This document shows positions 19,289-32,170 of a DNA stretch of 64,000 bases, one piece after another. The position numbers and the translations under genes are program-made. The DNA comes from Eledone cirrhosa (taxonomy: Eukaryota): assembly GCA_964016885.1 (NCBI GenBank), contig OZ024754.1:15128001-15192000 (forward strand), written 5' to 3'. Positions within the stretch are counted from its first letter, which is position 1. Each line of letters opens with the position of its first letter. Below the pieces are notes generated by a model. It made no database searches. It had not been told where the DNA came from and was given only the letters and a program-made list of their open reading frames with translations.

Positions 19289-20430
19289 ACCTTTATATAG
19301 AGACACATACACATAGATATACCTTTATATAGAGACACATACACATAGATATACCTTTATATAGAGACACATATACGTAGATATACCTTTATATAGAGAC
19401 ACATACACATAGATATACCTTTATATAGAGACACATACACATAGATATACCTTTATATAGAGACACATACACATAGATATACCTTTATATAGAGACACAT
19501 ACACATAGATATACCTTTATATAGAGACACATACACATAGATATACCTTTATATAGAGACACATACATAGATGTACCTTTATATAGAGACACATACGCAT
19601 AGATATACCTTTATATAGAGACACATATACGTAGATATACACATACACATAGATATACCTTTATATAGAGACACATACACATAGATATACACATACACAT
19701 AAATATACCTTTATACAGAGACACATTCACATAGATATACCTTTATATAGAGACACATACACATAGATATACCTTTATATAGAGACACATACACATAGAT
19801 ATACCTTTATATAGAGACACATACACATAGATATACCTTTATATAGAGACACATACACATAGATATACCTTTATATAGAGACACATATACGTAGATATAC
19901 ACATACACATAGATATACCTTTATATAGAGACACATACACATAGATATACATATACACATAAATATACCTTTATATAGAGACACATACACATAGATATAC
20001 ACATACACATAAATATACCTTTATATAGAGACACATACACATAGATATACCTTTATTTAGAGACACATACACATAGATATACCTTTATATAGAGACACAT
20101 ACACATAGATATACCTTTATATAGAGACACATACATAGATATACCTTTATATAGAGACACATACGCATAGATATACCTTTATGTAGAGACACATATACGT
20201 AGATATACACATACACATACCTTTATATAGAGACACATACACATAGATATACACATACACATAGATATACCTTTATATAGAGACACATACACATAGATAT
20301 ACCTTTATATAGAGACACATACACATAGATATACCTTTATATAGAGACACATATACGTAGATATACATATACACATACAAATAGATATACCTTTATATAG
20401 AGACACATACACATACACATAGATATACAC
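19289..20430. repeat. 32-bp minisatellite
   Basis: Tandem ACCTTTATATAGAGACACATACACATAGATAT with variants. Confidence 0.95.
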
Positions 20431-20839
20431 CTATCACGTACGTGCTGTTTGAATAAGCAAGGTATTTCTTGCTTATTCAGACTAATACTACACATTTAAA
20501 AAATTGATTTCTAATTTAGGCACATTAAATGAACCGCAGTATTTGACTGGTACTTTATTTTATCGACCAGTATATGGGGTTAAAACCCTTTCTTCTTCTA
20601 TCTATCTCCGGATGGCATAGACGTTCTTCACATCGGCTCCTCGTGTATTGGAGATATTACGTGTTAACAGTAAGTGTTTGTCTGTATGCTTGCGTTATTG
20701 TGTTAATTAACCCCCTTGCCTGGGACTTCGGACATTAGGGTTAATTTATTTCACCCCTTTTGGGGTGAAATTTTTCATCCTAAAAATCTTGTAATTGTCT
20801 CTACGCTAGTGGTAATGGAAACCATTACCACATGTAACG

Positions 20840-22098
20840 ATGACACGCCCAATAAACAAACTGAAGGAGAGCGGGGTAGCTGAGGCAACAAGCTACCCTA
20901 CTGAAAGAATAATAATTATTAGAAACATTGAAAAAATGGAACCTAACCCTAATGAAAAAAATGTGAAGAAAATTGACTCGGAGAAATTGTCAAAATTAAT
21001 GGATGCCGTTTCGACTTTTCACGGTGCCACACCCACCAGCAAAGGTGAAAGAGAAGTAGTAGCTGTAACTACGAGTCTCTCGGATACTGAAAATATAAGT
21101 GAACATTTTGAAAAAATGAAGTCTAACCCCAACGGGGAAAATAAGTGAACGCATACACCAACATAAATGACACAAACACAACAAAAAATGAAAATTGTAA
21201 CAACAAAAAACAAGAAAACCACATTTCGACAAATGTAAACAAAATGACGTTCGCGCAAAGCATAAAAAAATCTATCGTGTACGAACCTATTGACATGGCC
21301 CAGCAAATGGAAAATGCACGGAAGTATATAACTTTGGAGAAGAATGGTCTATTTTCTTTAAATTCTCCCCCAGAGCTAAAAAAGGAAAATAGCTTAAAAA
21401 CTATTATTTATAGGACAATATCAAACAAAACCCGTAAGCCAGTACAACTCACACAGACAGAGATTGAACTGGCGTTAAAAGATCATCTGAAAAACATTGT
21501 ATTCATTCGGAAGGATAGACTCTACAGTAGTCTATCCATCCGAATGAAAGATAGATTGACGGCCGAAAAACATTCCCTGGCCCCAATTGCGTACCCCTTA
21601 TTTACCTTCTTCCCCACTTATTTGGGAAGAAAAACACAAAGATTGACCATACACAGTATCGATCCAGATATTGATTTCTAGGCGGTACTGTGTGGCCTCC
21701 TCGACTTGAAAGAGGATGCAGTAATTTCGGTAGGTAAGTCTTAGTTCGGTGGAACTAACCTGCAAGTTCTGGTGCAAATGCAGCCAGAACGAATTGCTAG
21801 GATCCCTGACTGCATATTACTGGATGGGCTTGCCTACTTACACATCACAGTGGAGGGTAGACGACCCGCTTGTTACCTCTGTGGTGGAAGAGGTCACCTG
21901 AGGGCTGCCTGTTCCCAAGCAAACAAAAAAACACCGATTTTGCTCACACCAACAACTACAACACTAACAACACAACCTCCACCACCACCACAAAAACAAC
22001 TAACACCACAAGTTAAAACACAACTGAAAACGACCCCCCCCCCCCACAAAGAAAACAAATACAATAACACCCACACCACAAACACGAGCCGAAAATGA
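20840..22098 (+). pseudogene. LINE ORF1 (gag-like zinc knuckle), disrupted
   Basis: Split ORFs; CYLCGGRGHLRAAC matches CX2CX4HX4C. Confidence 0.75.
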
Positions 22099-22693
22099 AC
22101 CCTCCCATCGAATACGGAAGACGACCCCCTTTCGTCGTCAAACGAGGGGGGGGGGGCACTTTCATAAAGTTAAAAGAAAAAAAAAAAACACACCACAGGA
22201 ACACAAATACAAACAACCCCTCCCAAGCCATAAAGCAGACATCAACACAAAAAAACACACAACAGCAAACAAAAAACATCACGCAAAAAGAAAAATTTGC
22301 ATATACCTACATAAGTACAATAAACAAAAAACTGTTAAACGTTATTTATAATAACAACTTAATAAAAACCGAAGGTTCGAATTTCGCACAAGCAACGGGG
22401 CTTCCCCCATCTAAAAATGATAAAAGCCCCAATGGACATTTACAAAACGTTAAAAGACACTTTTAAAGAGGACGTGGGCCCCCCTGCGTCAGACCCATTA
22501 ACCGTGTGTGTGTGTGTCCCCCCCCCTCGACACCCACACAACTCCAAACACCCCAACCCCACCACACACTGATGCCACTACACTTCCACAAACCACCACC
22601 CCACCCAACAACCCATCCCCCACACCCATGGAAATTGTGCGGCCCGGTCCCCGGGACGCAGAGAGGTAAGTGCCTTTTCTCTTTACCACCAAC

Positions 22694-25600
22694 ATGGCTG
22701 TGTTGAGAATAGGTTGTCTAAATGCGCGTGGCCTGGGCTCACCTTGGAAGCAAGCAATGCTTCTAAATGACCTTAGGTCACGATGTATAAATGTGATGGT
22801 TATTTGCGAGGCCCGGATCAGCAGCGTGCGACAGCTGGCCCCCACCTTTGATGACTTTGAGATGCCCGCATCTCTCTGTCAGCCCGGAGGTGGGGGTAGG
22901 GTTGTCGTTCTGCTGCAAAAACATCTGGGTCTCGCTACACAGATGGTACACTTAGACCCGGAGGGTCGACTAGTGGTTCTGGACATTGGCAGTGGTGAAG
23001 GCAGAGCTTTTAGGCTGGTCGCCGTATACGGCCCTTTAGGGTCAACGCGGCCGGACTTCTTCCATCGTCTGGAGACTTTTCTAGGGACGTCCCGCTCTTT
23101 ACTTTTAGTGGGGGGACTGGAATGGTATCCTAGATGCACGTTGGGACTATGTAGGGGCATGTCCTGATAGAGGAGGTTGTAACAGCCTCAAGGGGTTAAT
23201 CGGCCGATTCGACCTGGCCGATAGATATCGACTAGATTTTAAGACTGTGCCATCCTGGACTTGGAGAAACCACAGCGGTCAATCTAGATCGTACCTAGAT
23301 AGGTTCTTAGTTAGAAATAAGGATAGGGACTTTTTAAGTTGTCAAAAAATGCTCATGGTTGGCTATTCAGACCACAAGTTAGTGACCTCCATGGTCAACC
23401 TTGATAGAACGCATAGACAGGGACCCGGTTACTGGAAGCTCAACTTGTCCTTACCGGCAAGTAAAGCTTACAGGAACCGGATTAGTACATTAGTAAGGAG
23501 CGGTTGACGGGCGCCATCGTCAACAGCAGGTGGTGGGGATATCTCAAAAGAGAGATTAGAGTAGCTTCAATCGGAGTTAGCCTCAGATAGAAATAGGAAG
23601 GAAAGGGAGTTGGTAGATAGTGTAGAAGAGGCAATTAGAAGCGGCGACGTAGCCAGAGTGCTGGCGTCGAGAACGGCCTTGGGCCAGTTCTTCGACGCGA
23701 AACACGAAGGCTGCGTTGTCCGAAGCAAAATACGTGCTCTGGGAAACGAGGGGACCAAAGCTGTTAGCTGGGCCCACGTGACAGAAGCCAAAGGTGGGAC
23801 TAGATCCACGATCCGGTCTTTGCGAGACCAGGATGGACGGGTGATCCTTGAACCTAAGCAGATGTGCGAGGTCTTTCAAAGGCACTTTGCCCGATTGTTC
23901 GGAAGGGACGAGGGGCCGGATGGGGATGTAGACTTCGGTCCATACCTCGACGGCCTGCAGCGTCTTTCGGACGAGGAGGCGAAGTCCTGCGAGAGGCCGA
24001 TCTCAGCTGCTGAAATAGGGGACGTGCTGAGCCAATGCGGCAGACGCAAATCTCCGGGCCTCGATGGTCTTCCATACGAACTGTATTTAAGTATGCCGGA
24101 CTTGTTCTTCGATCTCCTCGAAGCCGTCTACTGCAACTGGCAACAGAACGGGAGAATTCCCTGTTCTGTGACCAAGGGCGTATTCTCGCTAGTGAGGAAG
24201 GACGAGAACAAGGGAGGATGAAATAAGTAATTTTAGGCCCATAACACTACTAAATGCAGAGTTAAAGATTTTGGCCAAGGTGTTAGCAAAGAGGTTGGCG
24301 CTTGTCGTGGGCAACCTGGTGGGAGATGCGCAGACATGCGCCATCACGTCCAGGTCCATTCACGACAACCTCCATCTCATGCGATACATCATAGAGAGGG
24401 TTGGGAACGAACCCGGCTTTGGTGGGGCCCTGATCAACTTGGATCAATCTAAAGCGTTCGATGGAGTCGACCATCGTTACCTGGATGCGGTGTTAGTGGC
24501 GGCAGGTTTCGGACCCGTTTTCAGGGGCTGGATCACTGCCATGTACAACAGCCGCATCTCTTCTAGGGTCAAGGTGAACGGCTACCTCTCGGAGCCGTTC
24601 GAAATCATGCGGTCCATCCGAGAGGGATGCCCTCTCTCCTCCCTTCTGTATGTATTGGCCCTAGAGCCACTGTTGCGGAAGTTGGAGTTATTACAGGGCA
24701 TCCCATTGGAATCGGGATTGCAGAAAGCGGTGTTGGCCTACGCCGATGACGTGACAGTAAGGGTGTCAACCGCCTCAGAAATCGGAGGAATACGAAACGT
24801 TTACAGGGGCTAAGCTGAACCGCAACAAGTCAGTCGGTTTGCAACTCGGCGAGTGGAGGGGCAAACCGATGGCCGCCAACGGCGTCGTCGGACGTTGGAC
24901 GGAGGGCCCGGTGAAGTTGCTCGGGGTCTGGTTCGGGCCAGACCTCCAGGTGGAGAAGAATTGGGGTGAGGTATCGAACAGGGTATTTGCGCTGACGCGG
25001 AAGTGGGCTAGGTGCAAACTATCCCTGAAAGGTCAGATGGAGGTGGCGAACGCTTATATAGCGTCCGTCATATATTACCGCCTGACCGTCGTGCCTTGCC
25101 CAAGGGAAACGCTCACCAAAATGGAGTACGCACTCTTCCAATTCCTTTGGAAGAAGCGGGCTCCTTTGGTGAGGAGATCCATCTGCTGTCAACACCCTTC
25201 GAAAGGAGGGCTGGGAATGCCGTGGCTGTTGATGCGTAAACAGGCATTAAGACTACAGCACCTCCAAGTATTCCTCACCGGTCAACCGGTGTGGGCCCCG
25301 TTTGTGAGGCGAGCCTTTCCGAGACTCGTCTCGCTCACCGAGCTGCAGTCCTGGGTCAAGCAAAGACCGAAAAAATTGGGCGCCTGGCACACCGAGTGTG
25401 CCGAGGCGCTCACGGCTCTCTGGCAGGCAGACCCGGCTATCGGTGGAGACTCCACCTCGTCATTCTATAGAGGGCTGGTGGTTAGTAGGTGCGACGACGC
25501 CCTCGGACAAGCCCTAGGCATGGAGGAAGACGAATTGGCCAGCCTATTAAGGAGGACATTTGGCCCGGGACCTATGGACAACTTCCAGAAGTCCCTGGCG

Positions 25601-26081
25601 CTGCCTGTTCGAGAAAAGCTCTACAGACACGGGCGCCCGGGTAGGAACCCCTCGAAAAAAAATCTGTCCCAGATGCGTGCGCGACGAGGAAACCGTTACG
25701 CACGCATTGGTACACTGCTAGGGCGTTGCCGATCTGTGGGACTATGTCGAACGACTGCTGTCACGGGTGGGACCAATCCGGTTGACCACTGAGTCCATTG
25801 TAACGATCAAGCCACTTCCCCTCTTCAAAAATGAAGGAGAGGCGGTCTTCCTCTGTGTAATAGCCATGGTGAAAGAGGTGGTATGGTGGACACGTTTGAA
25901 AGGGCTGAGGTCGGACACTTTTCTCACCGGCCAACAACTAGTCCTTTTCTTTAAATACCATTTTAAGAGAAGGATCAGAATGGAGAGAGAGGTGTTCTAC
26001 CCCAGCAAGTTTTATGAAAGGTGGGTGAAAGTAGCGAGAATGGCCCGTGTGAATGGGCCTTCTCTCTTTATCAGCCTGTAG
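22694..26081 (+). pseudogene. LINE ORF2 (APE endonuclease and reverse transcriptase), frameshifted
   Basis: Motifs LNARGL, SYLDRF, YSDH, PGYWKLN, KSPGLDGLPYE, LDQSKAFD, REGCPLS and YADD are spread over several frames. Confidence 0.92.
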
Positions 26082-26328
26082 GTGGAAAGGTGGAAGTGCA
26101 AAGGAGCACCCCCTCTCTGTGCTCCTAAGGAAAAGGGTTACACACTTTTTCGGGGGTGTGTGTAACCCCCCAAAACGCCTCCCTATTGAGGACTGTATTG
26201 TTAATTTTATATTTATTATTTGTTTTCTACTCGTTCCTTTATGTAAACTCCCCCTTGTATTTGTCCCATTCTTTTGTGCCCTCGTGGCAAATAAATAGAA
26301 ACTTATCCATCTATCTATCTATCTATCC

Positions 26329-26379
<51 letters not shown>

Positions 26380-26639
26380 CATCTATCTCTCCCTTTTCTA
26401 GAAGAAATTGACTGTGATCAGAGGAGAGGGGAATGCCAGCTTTAAATATGCTCAAGGCACAGACCATATGTTACTACGGCGCCCCTACCACTCAATCAGG
26501 AGTTACGGATTCATACATACATACAAATCCATTCCATGTGTTGGACCTCAGTCCCTTCCGACGACGAATGTTCTAGTTGTTCGAACAATTGGACAATCTG
26601 CTCATGAATGCAAATGGCTGAGAATTCCAGAGATACGTA

Positions 26640-26830
26640 CAATCTTAACGTACTTCTCAGGGAGATTCAGCGTGACACAGAATGTGATAAGGCTAGCCCT
26701 TTGAATTACAGATACAACCCATAGGGTAGACTAGAGCAACGTAAAAGTGTTTTGTTCAAGAGCACAACGGTAATGGAACCGACGTCGCCGGGAATTGAAC
26801 TGATGGCATTACGACCCTCAGCCGAATACC
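26640..26830 (-). mobile_element. Decayed tRNA-derived SINE (family B)
   Basis: The reverse strand has A/B-box-like motifs (TAGTGGTTAGG; AGTTCAATTCC) followed by GTGCTCTTGAACAAAACACTT. It resembles 44257-44372. Confidence 0.55.
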
Positions 26831-27464
26831 CTAACCACTAATCTACGCTCCTTTTCATACTATATTCTATGATATCACACATCACACCTAGCTGACGAAA
26901 TCTGAGATGTATTCGCAGGAGGAATCCATGCCACATGCCAGAAATAATAATTGAGAATGGTAATACATTCTGGTAATGTTAATTAACGGATAACTAGCAA
27001 AATTAATAGGAATGGCAAAATGTGTCTATAAATATATATTGCAAATTATGAACAAACGCACACACATTCATACACACATGCTTGCACGCATGCACTCACA
27101 CACGCATACGCGCACGCACACATACATATGTACACATGCACACGCGCACACACTCATACACACGCACGCACACACATACACACACATGCACACACACATG
27201 TTCATACACATACACGCATACAAACAGGCACGCAAGCACACGCATATACAGACACACGCTCACGCACACATACAGACAGAAGCACCCACACACATGCATG
27301 CAAACACACACACACACACACCCATGAACACACAACACACACAGATTCGTGCACACATAATCTTTAAAAAATATTTTCCACCAGCAGACTAATGTCATTT
27401 CCGTTTATATCTGTTGGTAATTCTGTAAGCTCATCGGTGGATAATGCCTTAGAATATAGTGATA

Positions 27465-27645
27465 TAGGAGGGTGTTGGGCTGAAAAGTTCATAATCTGCT
27501 AGAGCTGTAAAATCTTACATGCATTAATTTTAACTCTTCTTATTAATAACTCCATTGTTTCTTTCCAGGGACTATGTTGAAAAATAAACCTCATTTGGTC
27601 GTTACATGAGAGTATCTTGGTTAATCTATGAACTTTTTATCCAAT
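27465..27645. mobile_element. Possible mariner-derived MITE
   Basis: Imperfect terminal inverted repeats AAAAGTTCATA ... TATGAACTTTT. Confidence 0.35.
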
Positions 27646-27688
27646 TCCATCCCGCCCGTCCCCTCAATCTATCTTATTTCTCATTCTT

Positions 27689-27724
27689 TCTTCTGATGAA
27701 GGACTAGCGTCTGAAACGTTAAGA
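27689..27724 (+). ncRNA. Minimal type I hammerhead ribozyme
   Basis: TCTT-CTGATGA-aGGAC tagc GTCT-GAAA-CG-TT-AAGA. Confidence 0.7.
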
Positions 27725-27817
27725 CCCTCTTCCTGCTATATCAAACGTTAACCTAATATATCCGTTCCATATACTGTTCCGATTGTGTTATTTCTGTTTA
27801 CCTTTTATATATATATA

Positions 27818-27923
<106 letters not shown>

Positions 27924-27974
27924 TGTATATATATATATATATATATATACTGTGTATATATATATATATATATA

Positions 27975-28067
<93 letters not shown>

Positions 28068-28267
28068 TTATTGATATTTTTTATCTGTTTGTCCCGAATC
28101 TTCCTTTATCGATTTTATATCGTATGGTTGATTGTAGACTTGTTCTATATGTGACGGTATTTTAACGATAGTTATAGCTCTGATTCACCTGAATTATTGA
28201 GCCCTCTGCCGTTCATGTCGAATCTCGTTTATTGTGAACTCGTGCGCCGATTTTTCGATACTCGATC

Positions 28268-28298
<31 letters not shown>

Positions 28299-28428
28299 CA
28301 GAGAGACAGAGAGGGAGAAATCTCGTATTATATATATATATGTAAAAGGTAAACAGAAATAACAACACAATCGGTACAGTATATGGAAGGGATATATTAG
28401 GTTAACACTTGATATAGCAGGAAGAAGA

Positions 28429-28464
28429 TCTTAACGTTTCGGACGCTAGTCCTTCATCAGAAGA
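28429..28464 (-). ncRNA. Minimal type I hammerhead ribozyme (inverted copy of 27689)
   Basis: Reverse complement TCTT-CTGATGA-aGGAC tagc GTCC-GAAA-CG-TT-AAGA. It lies in the inverted pair ~27645-27805 / 28345-28505. Confidence 0.72.
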
Positions 28465-28544
28465 AAGAATGAGAAATAAGATAGAGGGGACGGGCGGATT
28501 GGAATTGAAAAAAAAATGTCCATTCATGTTGACATCGTTGCGTA

Positions 28545-28645
<101 letters not shown>

Positions 28646-28873
28646 TATGCATGTATACGTACATACATATATGTATACAGACGTACAGTAGCATGCACAT
28701 ATATATATATATACATATATACATACATATGCATACAGGTACACATACATATATGCACGTATCAGTTTAGCGGCGCTTATTATAACGTCGCTTTGTTCGT
28801 TTGTAAACAAACTGAACAGCCTGAATTTATGCCATACGGTGTTAAGGCAACCACGTCACCTTTTTGTTCAACA

Positions 28874-28916
<43 letters not shown>

Positions 28917-29085
28917 CAAAGGAAGTGTGGTAAGGAACCAGATGGATCATAACGCACCAGAGTACTCAATACTTAGGGTAGTAGAGTGGGTAATAGGAAA
29001 ATGTGTAACCCGGACGGCAGAGCTCTAGCCGTCCAAAAATAGCCGTCGAAACGGCTTGAGCTCTGCTGTCGGGGTTAAACCTTAT

Positions 29086-29499
<414 letters not shown>

Positions 29500-29536
29500 A
29501 TATAAGATCAAAAGATGGTTAAAGGAGTTCCATATA

Positions 29537-29603
29537 TTTTATTATGCGCATTTCAAAAACAAATATCATCAAGCAATAATATTTGTGTTTTCATCAGATA
29601 AAA
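29537..29603 (-). ncRNA. Type I hammerhead ribozyme with long stem II
   Basis: Reverse complement TTTTAT-CTGATGA-long AT-rich hairpin-GAAA-TGCGCA-TA-ATAAAA. A second copy lies at 46541. Confidence 0.7.
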
Positions 29604-30394
29604 CAGGAGAACATGATATGAAAGCTAAAAAACACTTGTTGATAGTGCAGTTTTAAATCAACATATGAAAAGTGGTTTTAGATTGATGTGTGATATTGGG
29701 AAAAATATTTTATTTAGAGAGGGGGGGGGGGAAAGGATGAGAAGGGAAGGAGATGAGAGGGAGAGATGGGTGATAGAGAGAAAGAGATAGTTTTTATAAC
29801 TGAGAGGAGATATATTTTTTATATAGAGGGGTTGAAAACCGTTGGAAGATACTGTATAAATTAAAAATTTTGAAAATTAACGAAGGGGGGATATGTGCGA
29901 GGAAAAAATATTTTATTTAGGGAGGGGGGGGGGTGAAAAAAGGGGGAGGAGATGAGAGTGAAGGTGGAGAGGGAGAGATGGGTGATAGAGAGAAAGAGAT
30001 AGTTTTTATAACTGAGAAAAAGATATATTGTTTTAATATAGAGAGGTTGGGAACCGTTGGAAGATAATGTATAAATTAAAGGAATTTGAAAATTAACGAA
30101 GGGAAATTATGTATGAAGATAGAGAGAAAAAAATAATAATTGTGGGTGAATATTCTAACGTCAAAAGAAGAAATGTATGTATTGTCTCAATTTCAAAATT
30201 AGCAAAGAGAGAAATGTTAAGGTTTATGTGTAGAAGGATTTGAGAAAAATAATGTGAAGTTAAAGTTTGTATATTGAATTCATATGTATTAATAATGAGT
30301 TCGTTGATGGGGAGAAAAAAATAATAATAAATTAAGGATGAAATTGAGATTAAAAAGATTTATGATAGAGAAAAAAAAAAAAAAAATAATAATA

Positions 30395-30575
30395 ATTGTT
30401 TCTACGTTTGGCACAAGGCCAGCAATTACCCAGTACATTACTGGTACTTTATTTTATCGACCCCGTAAGGATGAAAGGCAAAGTTAACCTCGGCAGGATT
30501 TGAACTCAGACCGTAAAGGGACGTAACTATGCTGGAAAGCATGGCGTCCGACTCTCTACCGATACTGCCAATCCA
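30395..30575 (-). mobile_element. SINE family A
   Basis: Near-identical to 84-270. Confidence 0.8.
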
Positions 30576-30765
30576 ATGATTGCGGATGAATATTCAAAAT
30601 GTCAAAAACAAATGTATATATATCTATATATGTATCTATATATATATATATGTATATCTATATCTTAAATGTAAGTATGTACGTATACATACATACTTTA
30701 CATTTAAGTAAGTGCCGTACTAAGAGTGAGAAATGAAATTTCGTTTCATTATATTACAACTTATA

Positions 30766-30956
30766 TGGCCAGTGGATTGGCAGTATCGGTAGAGGGTCGG
30801 ACGCCATGCTTTGACGCATAGAGTTACGGCCCTTTCCATTCTGAGTTCAAATCCCGCCGAGGTTAACTTTGCCTTTCATCCTTACAGGGTCGATAAAATA
30901 AAGTACCAGTAATGCACTGGGTAATTGCTGGCCTTGTGCCAAAAGTAGAAACAATT
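30766..30956 (+). mobile_element. SINE family A
   Basis: A box, B box and CORE-like domain; inverted relative to the 30395 copy. Confidence 0.8.
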
Positions 30957-31156
30957 ATATTACAACTTATATCTATATCTATATATATGAATCAGTTTAA
31001 ACTCAGATAGGATGTGGGCTCTGCCAGCTTTAAAGTGTCCATGACACGCTGTATGTCGTCCTTGCAGCGCCTCTTCGACTCTACTAGAAGTTGGTAAAGT
31101 ACATATAACTGACATGATAAAACAAAATGAATTAGCAAATGAAAATAATGACGTAC

Positions 31157-31248
31157 CGGAAGTAAAGAAAGACAAAGCTGGCTGGAATAAGTAGCAGGAT
31201 GCTGATTGCATTAAATGTAATGCCAAGGTAGAGAGTAGTTTTGCGCTT
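31157..31248 (-). CDS. Exon of a class B1 GPCR (calcitonin/DH31-receptor-like), first transmembrane helix
   Basis: ttttacAG|92 nt|GTacgt. It translates as [30 protein letters not shown](R). The phase 0 start matches the upstream exon. Confidence 0.8.
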
Positions 31249-31308
31249 CTGTAAAATATATATGAAAAGTGTATATACAAGAAGACAGTACATTTAATAC
31301 GTCGCTGT

Positions 31309-31340
<32 letters not shown>

Positions 31341-31341
31341 G

Positions 31342-31404
<63 letters not shown>

Positions 31405-31666
31405 TCATACATACACACATATATATATAACTATATGCATGTATGTATATATATATATATATAAGTATATGCATGTATGTATGTGTATATATATATATAT
31501 GTACGTATATATATATATATATATGTATGTATATATATATATGTATGTATGTATATATATATATATATGTATGTATATGTATATATATATGTGTGTGTAT
31601 GTATATGTATATATATATGTATATATATATATATGTGTATGTATGTATATATATATATGTATGTAT

Positions 31667-31697
<31 letters not shown>

Positions 31698-31855
31698 TGT
31701 ATATATATATGTATGTATATATATATGTATGTATATATATATGTATGTATATATATATATATGTATGTATATATATATATATGTATGTATATATATATAT
31801 ATGTATGTATATATATATATATGTATGTATATATATATGTATGTATATATATATG

Positions 31856-31886
<31 letters not shown>

Positions 31887-31945
31887 GGATGTATATATAT
31901 ATGTATGTATATATATATATATGTATGTATATATATATATGTATG

Positions 31946-31976
<31 letters not shown>

Positions 31977-31999
31977 ATATATATATATATATATATATA

Positions 32000-32170
32000 A
32001 ATATAGACATAGAATATTCGAAAATATTCTGTATGTTTATAATAAACATTTTGAAGACCTAATCGCTATAGAATAGAATACGTCACGTATTACAATTAGA
32101 TTCTCGATAAAAGCAAGGGAAGTAATCTACGCGTTTCATTCTTGTTAGAACTCATCAGGACTACATATCT
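32000..32170 (-). repeat. Inverted partial copy of the 310-bp unit, with a hammerhead at 32122-32164
   Basis: Reverse complement of the ribozyme-containing part of the adjacent array. Confidence 0.9.

Larger units (their letters stand above)
20607..26390 (+). mobile_element. Near full-length decayed Tx1/L1-clade non-LTR retrotransposon
   Basis: ORF1 has a CCHC knuckle and ORF2 has APE and RT domains. The 3' UTR ends in AATAAA plus (TATC)n, and TCTATCTATCT lies at the 5' edge. Confidence 0.9.
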
